Origin: Promethearchaeota archaeon
GTDB taxonomy: Archaea; Asgardarchaeota; Lokiarchaeia; Sigyniarchaeales; SOKP01
Assembly: GCA_048941265.1 (NCBI GenBank)
Contig: JBHLNT010000060.1
Span: forward strand, 1,838-23,901
Length of the DNA stretch: 22,064 bases
Reading direction: 5' to 3'
The translations under genes and the position numbers were made by a program. How positions within the stretch are numbered: position 1 is the stretch's first letter; each line of letters begins with the position of its first letter. The notes beneath the pieces were generated by a model, which saw only the letters and a list, made by a program, of their open reading frames with translations, did not search any database and was not told the DNA's origin. This document shows, in pieces, positions 16,055 through 22,064 of the stretch.

Positions 16055-17632
16055 ATGAGCGAAAAAATGAATTTTTTATTTATTTTTACTGACGAGCAGC
16101 GAAAGGACCATTTAAGCTGTTATAATGATAATATGGTTTTGAAGACACCCAATATTGATAAAATCGCAAAAGAAGGGATTAAATTTACAAATTTTTATTG
16201 TAATAATCCAATTTGTATGCCAAATAGGAGTACTATATATACAGGACAATATCCTTCGGTGCATGGAGTTACTACTAACGGGAGGAATTTGCCGAAAGGA
16301 ACTAACACATTCGTAGACCTCTTAAGAACAAATGGGTATCATACTGCGAGTTTTGGAAAAATCCATTTAAATTATTTCGGCGCATCCAAAAAGAGATTTG
16401 ATGAGAACCTTAAAAGTCAGGAATTTGCCTATCCTAAATATTATAAAAAACTCTCTAAGGAGAGCATTTATTTTGGGCTGGAAGAATTTAAAATCGTTTC
16501 GGGGCACGGAATTTTATGTGGACACCCCGATTTTCTTAATTGGGTAGTATCAAAAGTAAATTTGGATGAAAATTTACAGTTACGATTAGGAATTGAACCT
16601 GAAGACACTGATAGCGATATTTTAAGAAAATATGCTAAATTAATGACGCCTAAGCAAAACGGTTCATTTATAAAACTACAGGTATGGAATCACGATATCC
16701 CCGAAGAACTTTATTCTACGACTTTTGTCAAGGAGCATATCATTGAATATCTAATAAAATTTAATGAAGGAAAAGTATCTAAAGAGAATTTCTTTCTATT
16801 TTGCAGTTTTGGAGATCCACATCATCCATTTAGTCCGCCAGGAAAATATTTTGACATGTTTAAACCAGAAGAAATTATCCTTCCCAGTTCATTTTATGAT
16901 AATCATGAAAAGAGCACAATATTAAATAAAAGACATTATTCAAAATTAGTGAATACTGAAGGAACAATACGGGGTTTTTTTCCAAAAGCTAAGGATTTAA
17001 CGGAGTTGGATGCTGAGAGAGTTATTGCCGCTTCTTATGGAATGGAAAAAATGATTGATGACGCGGTTGGAGAAATTTTAGACGTATTAGAAAGGACAGG
17101 TCTATCAGAGAACACCATAGTAATTTATACCACCGATCATGGAGATTTAGGGGGAGAACATAAGTTCTTCTTTAAAGGACCGTTTTTATATCAAGGTTTA
17201 ATTAATATTCCGTTTATTGTGAAGATTCCAGGTGGTGCAAAAAATAAGGTGTGTCCCTCATTAGTAAGTTCAATTGATATTCCTGAAACGATATTAGAAC
17301 TGGCAGGACTTCCAATACCTGAGTTCATGCAGGGGAAAAGCATACTTCCAATTTTAAGGGATCCTGATGAAAAGATTAATGATAATATTCTGATTGAGAT
17401 GGATGATGAGTATATTAATGAAAAGACAAGAACTTTAATTACTGATGAATGGAGAATAACTATCTTTCGGGAGTATGGTGAATTATTTAACCTAAAAGAA
17501 GACCCTGATGAATTGAATAATTTATGGGATGACGAGTCGCTAAAAAACATAAAATTAGAGTTAATTTTAAAGCTAATGAGAAAAAACCTTGGAGTTGCAG
17601 AAAGTCGCGTAAAGAGGGACTGTCAATATTAA
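16055..17632 (+). CDS. Cys-type sulfatase-family hydrolase, cytoplasmic; paralogue of 2438-3964
   Basis: NFLFIFTDEQRKD, CMPNR, GKIH, DPHHP, TTDHGD and ELFNLKEDPDE motifs. No signal peptide. Confidence 0.92.
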   Translation: MSEKMNFLFIFTDEQRKDHLSCYNDNMVLKTPNIDKIAKEGIKFTNFYCNNPICMPNRSTIYTGQYPSVHGVTTNGRNLPKGTNTFVDLLRTNGYHTASFGKIHLNYFGASKKRFDENLKSQEFAYPKYYKKLSKESIYFGLEEFKIVSGHGILCGHPDFLNWVVSKVNLDENLQLRLGIEPEDTDSDILRKYAKLMTPKQNGSFIKLQVWNHDIPEELYSTTFVKEHIIEYLIKFNEGKVSKENFFLFCSFGDPHHPFSPPGKYFDMFKPEEIILPSSFYDNHEKSTILNKRHYSKLVNTEGTIRGFFPKAKDLTELDAERVIAASYGMEKMIDDAVGEILDVLERTGLSENTIVIYTTDHGDLGGEHKFFFKGPFLYQGLINIPFIVKIPGGAKNKVCPSLVSSIDIPETILELAGLPIPEFMQGKSILPILRDPDEKINDNILIEMDDEYINEKTRTLITDEWRITIFREYGELFNLKEDPDELNNLWDDESLKNIKLELILKLMRKNLGVAESRVKRDCQY

Positions 17633-17646
17633 TATGTTTTTAAATT

Positions 17647-18525
17647 CTATAATTTTGGTCTAAATCCCGTCGTTGTGGAATATTTCAGATAATCTTTAAT
17701 TCCAATAGTTCTAATGTTTTTAACTCCAAAATTGACTTCTACAACTCCTAGCAAAAATTCTAAGTAAGATTTATCTATTTTAAACTTAAATTCCTTTTCT
17801 AAATGATCAATAATTAACTCAGAATCAATCGTCACATCTTTTTCATATTTAGCAGCAAAGTTAACAATGGATTGTGATAGCCTATAAGTTTTACGAATTT
17901 CATTCTTGAGTTCAAAAAAGCTGGTAGTTGGATCTAATTCCATAAAGAAATTACTAACCATTTGCTTTTCTACTTTCAGTTTTTTAGGCTGAATGATTTT
18001 CTCCTCATCTCTAAGAATTTTTTTCCCATCAAGGACTATTTGTTCTTTATAGTTCTTTTTATTGCTTTTATATTCCTCTTCTGAAATTACAGAGATATAT
18101 GCATCAAAAGAACCCTCAATTAATTGCCTAAAGAAATTAAGGATATGTTCTTTTAAAAAGGATAAATCTGTAATTATCGCTATTTTTTTATTAAAGAATA
18201 TTGATTTAAGAACATGAGTTATTAAATCCGCCGTTAAATTAAGTTTAATTGCATCTAAATTTAAGGTGTCTTTCGAAATTATTTCTTTTGCCTCACTTAA
18301 TTTTAGTGTATCTATTTCTGGGATTTCAATCTGAAAATCCGCAATAAAATAATCTCGAATTGAAAGGTTTTTATCTAAATATGCAATAAACGAATGCTCA
18401 CAGATTAAATTAGGTGTGACATTAATTGCGAGAAGCCCTCGCGACACATTTTTGATTGCATCATCTGAAATCCCAACATTTCCTTTTTTTTTACAAGAAG
18501 GGCAGATTACTTTAATAATGGTCAA
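17647..18525 (-). CDS. Hypothetical protein with N-terminal CPxC...CxH putative zinc-binding domain
   Basis: ICPSC...GLLAINV...ICEHSFIAYLDKN. TTG start preceded by SD-like GTGAGGT (minus strand, 18535-18541). Confidence 0.8.
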   Translation of the reverse strand: MTIIKVICPSCKKKGNVGISDDAIKNVSRGLLAINVTPNLICEHSFIAYLDKNLSIRDYFIADFQIEIPEIDTLKLSEAKEIISKDTLNLDAIKLNLTADLITHVLKSIFFNKKIAIITDLSFLKEHILNFFRQLIEGSFDAYISVISEEEYKSNKKNYKEQIVLDGKKILRDEEKIIQPKKLKVEKQMVSNFFMELDPTTSFFELKNEIRKTYRLSQSIVNFAAKYEKDVTIDSELIIDHLEKEFKFKIDKSYLEFLLGVVEVNFGVKNIRTIGIKDYLKYSTTTGFRPKL

Positions 18526-18766
18526 AATTTTCGAACCTCACTTATCAGGTAAAGTGTATATCACAAAAACATAAATTAATTTTTCAAAATAATATTAAAC
18601 TAATAATGATTTTTATATTAAAATCTTGTTTTTTAGGAACAATTTAGGTTTAATACTAAAAGAAGTATGTTTTGATAAACAACTTATATATATGTTTTTA
18701 ATTGTCTGTCGTGAACTTCTATTTAATTAAGAAAGAGGATTGTTTAGATTTTTGGCATTTGATAAT

Positions 18767-18774
18767 AAAAAAAA
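18767..18774 (-). terminator. Oligo-T tract (T8 on the minus strand), candidate archaeal intrinsic terminator
   Basis: About 30 nt downstream of the 18806 stop. Oligo-T termination is established in archaea, but such runs are common here. Confidence 0.3.
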
Positions 18775-18805
18775 GGAAATTATAAAAATAATAATTTATA
18801 TTAGT

Positions 18806-20221
18806 TTAAATCCCTAGTTCTAACAATTTCTTTTTATTTGCTATAGCTGTTTCTCGGTCTATTTGATACATAAAAAAGAATAGAGCTATACCCATCATCG
18901 TAATTATAAATGGTACTATCGACATCACGAATTTTAAGCCAAAAATGGCATAAGAAGTCTGATTAGGACCTTTTGCGGGCACGTAGCCAAAATATCCCCA
19001 TACGATTGCAAAGATAAGTGTTTGTAAGAAATAGCAAAATGCTGAAAAGACCCGCAAAATGCCGATGTAAGTTCCCTCTTCTCTTTTACCCGATTTTGCT
19101 GCAGCGTTATCAATACCCTCAGCTTGAACAAGATTAAAGATAATTCCCCAGCAAGCACTATACATTATGCCTGCAAGACCATATACAATAACAACTCCCG
19201 TATAATCTGTAACAAAAAAGAAAGCAAGATATACTAGTGCAGCAGAAATGAGAGCTATGAGATATGAGTTCTTTACGCCAATTTTTCTCGGCAATTTAAC
19301 CCAAAAAGGGACTGAGCCAAGCGCAAACGCGAGAGCTAATAACGATGGCAATACCATAACCTCAATGCCTAATCCTAGACCATGCAGTACAAAAAAGGTC
19401 AATCCTGCCGAAAAGCATAACCCAGCAGTTGCCCACGTTAGGAAAGCCAATACTAATGCCATCCAATTTCTATCCCTTAAGACCCGTTTAATAACCTTTA
19501 GTACTGGATCATGTTCTTTGATTTCTTGATCTAATCTTACTCTCAATTGTCTCATTTCTGCTGATTCGCGAACCCCACGGCTATAGGGATAGATGAATAG
19601 ATAACTAATAATAGTAACAAAGATAGCAGCTCCTAAAAAAGCCTCTGGATGAGTTACTCCCCCTAAACCTGCGATAATTAATGGAATACTAATTGCTCCA
19701 ACGATTTGGGCTATAACAGTTATAATCATTGTAATTCCACTAACGCTAGCCCTTTGATCATCGTATCGGAATAAATCTGGAAAAAGGGATGCGTGGCTTA
19801 TTTCTCGCAAAGTGGCACAGCTTTCCCACAAACACATCATAATAGTAATATATATTGCAAGAATGAGTAAAGAATCCGAGATTGGAATAAAAATTAAAAG
19901 GAGGGGTATCGGCCCTAAAATAGCTCCGATAAGAATCCATGGATAGCGCTTTCCATATTTTTCCGTAAATCTTTTTGACCGATCTGTAAGATAACCAAGA
20001 ATAGGATCGTTGAAGCCGTCTACGATTGAGTATGTCAGATACATTAAAGGAATCCATAATATCGGTATTAAAAGTACCGCAACGGCAAAGAATTGAATAT
20101 TCCCCCACAATCCGAACATGAGGATTCCAAAGAAATTACCCAATGAGAAATATATTTCCGTCATTTTACTGGGTCTTTTAAATGCTTTTTCCATTTCAGG
20201 TTCTATCGTTGATTCTGTCAT
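18806..20221 (-). CDS. MFS transporter, GPH / MelB-like cation symporter
   Basis: VDGFNDPILGYLTDR, YGKRYPW and GIDNAAAKSGKREEGTY. About 12 TM segments. Confidence 0.9.
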   Translation of the reverse strand: MTESTIEPEMEKAFKRPSKMTEIYFSLGNFFGILMFGLWGNIQFFAVAVLLIPILWIPLMYLTYSIVDGFNDPILGYLTDRSKRFTEKYGKRYPWILIGAILGPIPLLLIFIPISDSLLILAIYITIMMCLWESCATLREISHASLFPDLFRYDDQRASVSGITMIITVIAQIVGAISIPLIIAGLGGVTHPEAFLGAAIFVTIISYLFIYPYSRGVRESAEMRQLRVRLDQEIKEHDPVLKVIKRVLRDRNWMALVLAFLTWATAGLCFSAGLTFFVLHGLGLGIEVMVLPSLLALAFALGSVPFWVKLPRKIGVKNSYLIALISAALVYLAFFFVTDYTGVVIVYGLAGIMYSACWGIIFNLVQAEGIDNAAAKSGKREEGTYIGILRVFSAFCYFLQTLIFAIVWGYFGYVPAKGPNQTSYAIFGLKFVMSIVPFIITMMGIALFFFMYQIDRETAIANKKKLLELGI

Positions 20222-20437
20222 TTTATTTCATTTTTTTTTTAATTGATATGATTAATTCTATTTTGGATTTTACACTATAATAAGTTTTTCAATGTGTTGT
20301 TTATGTTAAAGTACATTTGAATTTTGAGTATTTTTGTAAAGAATTCTCACTTTCATAAAAAAATTAAAAATAGGAAATACAATTAATAAAAATAATTAAT
20401 ACAATAATCAAAAAAATTTAAATGGATTATAAACCTC

Positions 20438-21859
20438 ATGACTCTAATTTCTTCCGAAAATAATAAATCTATCCAGGAAATGTTTAAACGACCTTCTAGA
20501 AAACAGGAAGTAGGGTTTGCATTAAATAGTTTTTACATTCTTCTCTATGGCGCATGGGGTGCACTTCAATTTTACGCTGTTACTGTCCTTTTAATACCGA
20601 TATTATGGATTCCTTTAATATATCTCATTTATTCCATAGTCGACGGTTTTAACGATCCAATTATTGGGTATTATACGGATCGTTCGAAAAGATTTACGGA
20701 AAAATACGGAAAACGTTATCCCTGGATTGTAATAGGAAGTATTTTGGCCCCAATACCTCTCTTTTTAGCTTATCTTCCGATTTTTACTTCTGTAATCATA
20801 GCAGTTATATGGATAACCGTAATGAGCTGCTTATTTGAGACATTTGCCACGCTCCGTGAAGTAAGTCAAGAAGCTCTCTTCCCTGATTTATTCCGCTATG
20901 AGGATCAAAGGTCGACGGTTTTAGGTATCGGGATGTTTTTTACGTTAGTAGCCCAGCTTATAGCTGCTATTTCTTTCCCATTAATCATTGCAAGCTTAGG
21001 CGGAGCAACTGAATCAATCGCTTTCATCGGTGCAGGAATATTTCTCATCGGATTAGTATATATTGTTTCAATTCCCTACCTTATCTGGGGCGTCAAAGAA
21101 TCAGAAGAAATGAAACAATTGAGGGTAAAGTTAGATAAAGAAACAATGGAACACGAGCCTGTCAAGAATGTAGTTAAAAGGGTTTTTAAGGATAGGAACT
21201 GGATGGGACTGATCATTTCGTTCCTTATATGGGGTACAGGAGGACTTTGTTTCATAGGAGGAATGAATTACTTTGTGCTACATTATCTCGGATTGGGAAT
21301 AGAAGTAATGGTTCTTCCGGGTTTATTACTTATCGCCACCGCGGTAGCATCAATACCCTTTTGGGTGAAATTATCAAAGAGAATTAGCGCTAAAAATATG
21401 AATCTTATAGGATTAATATCCTCTGCCATAGTATTTTTCGCGTTTTTCTTCGTTGAAGATTATACCGGGTATGTTATTATGAGTGCTTTCATGGGCATAG
21501 TCTGGAGCGGTAATTGGGGGATTGTGAATAAATTAGTGCAAGCACAGGCTATTGATAATGCTGCTGTTAAAACGGGTAAACGGGAGGAAGCATCATACAT
21601 GGGAATTTTTCGCGTCTTTTCAGCATTCACTTATTTTTTCCAAAGTCTCATCTTTGTTATTGTGTGGACAGTAACAGGGTACGCCCCCGAAAATAGAGCA
21701 AATCAAACAGAACTTGCCAGATTCGGGTTGAAATTGAACGTATCTTTAATACCAGCAGCCCTTGCTATAGTGGCTATCATAATATTTGTAGGTATGTATA
21801 ATATAAATAAAGAAAAGGCACTTTTAAACAAACAAAAATTAGTCGAGATGGGGCTTTAA
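20438..21859 (+). CDS. MFS transporter, GPH / MelB-like cation symporter
   Basis: VDGFNDPIIGYYTDR, YGKRYPW and AIDNAAVKTGKREEASY. Head-to-head with its paralogue. Confidence 0.9.
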   Translation: MTLISSENNKSIQEMFKRPSRKQEVGFALNSFYILLYGAWGALQFYAVTVLLIPILWIPLIYLIYSIVDGFNDPIIGYYTDRSKRFTEKYGKRYPWIVIGSILAPIPLFLAYLPIFTSVIIAVIWITVMSCLFETFATLREVSQEALFPDLFRYEDQRSTVLGIGMFFTLVAQLIAAISFPLIIASLGGATESIAFIGAGIFLIGLVYIVSIPYLIWGVKESEEMKQLRVKLDKETMEHEPVKNVVKRVFKDRNWMGLIISFLIWGTGGLCFIGGMNYFVLHYLGLGIEVMVLPGLLLIATAVASIPFWVKLSKRISAKNMNLIGLISSAIVFFAFFFVEDYTGYVIMSAFMGIVWSGNWGIVNKLVQAQAIDNAAVKTGKREEASYMGIFRVFSAFTYFFQSLIFVIVWTVTGYAPENRANQTELARFGLKLNVSLIPAALAIVAIIIFVGMYNINKEKALLNKQKLVEMGL

Positions 21860-21933
21860 GCCAAAGCCGACTTATTCTTATATATTTACAAAATATAAAG
21901 AATTTTTAAAAACCATTAAAAATTCGCATGCAT

Positions 21934-22064
21934 ATGAGAATATTCCTAATAATATTTGATACATTGCGAAAAGACCATACAGGTAAAACTTACGGTAATA
22001 AATGGATAAAAACACCTCATTTTGACGAGTTTGCTAAAGATTCCATCGTTTTTGATAAAGCTTA
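21934..22064 (+). CDS. 5' end of a third sulfatase-family gene, truncated by the window edge
   Basis: Reads MRIFLIIFDTLRKDHTGKTYGNKWIKTPHFDEFAKDSIVFDKA..., the classic sulfatase N-terminus (DxLRxDH...YG....TP..D..A....F..A). In-frame alternative ATG at 21928. Not in the ORF track. Confidence 0.85.
   Translation, partial: MRIFLIIFDTLRKDHTGKTYGNKWIKTPHFDEFAKDSIVFDKA

Noticed and set aside
18484-18492. A9 run (minus strand) after the CPSC motif
   Set aside because: It encodes KKK in frame, and such runs are common in this AT-rich sequence.
13601-20108. Short ORFs 13601-13837, 17191-17550, 18934-19158, 19248-19529 and 19758-20108
   Set aside because: Antisense or alternate-frame overlaps inside intact transporter and sulfatase genes. 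The host frames are unbroken, so no frameshift is implied.
1-22064. tRNA, rRNA or structured ncRNA genes
   Set aside because: All intergenic gaps are very AT-rich with no GC-rich cloverleaf or extended stems visible. A covariance-model search would be needed to exclude small RNAs.

Overview
AT-rich, densely coding archaeal DNA. An Asgard archaeon (Lokiarchaeia-like) is my best inference, from the group II GGGP synthase plus geranylgeranyl reductase, a longin-like orphan, a CPxC...CxH protein, expanded GPH transporters and oligo-T tracts. There are 17 complete CDSs plus two edge-truncated CDSs missing from the ORF track: a URO-D/methyltransferase-like C-terminus (1-114) and a sulfatase N-terminus (21934-22064). 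The window holds (i) a catabolic region with four MelB/GPH-type MFS transporters, three sulfatases without signal peptides, two SDRs, a Gfo/Idh/MocA oxidoreductase and an M24-fold enzyme with atypical active-site residues; (ii) an embedded ether-lipid trio (CTP-dependent polyprenol-kinase-like gene, GGR, GGGPS); (iii) three tandem TetR paralogues with the same recognition helix and mosaic near-identical DNA blocks; (iv) two orphans with possible eukaryotic-signature folds. I saw no rRNA, tRNA, CRISPR array or transposase. All family calls rest on motif recognition by eye, with no database searches.
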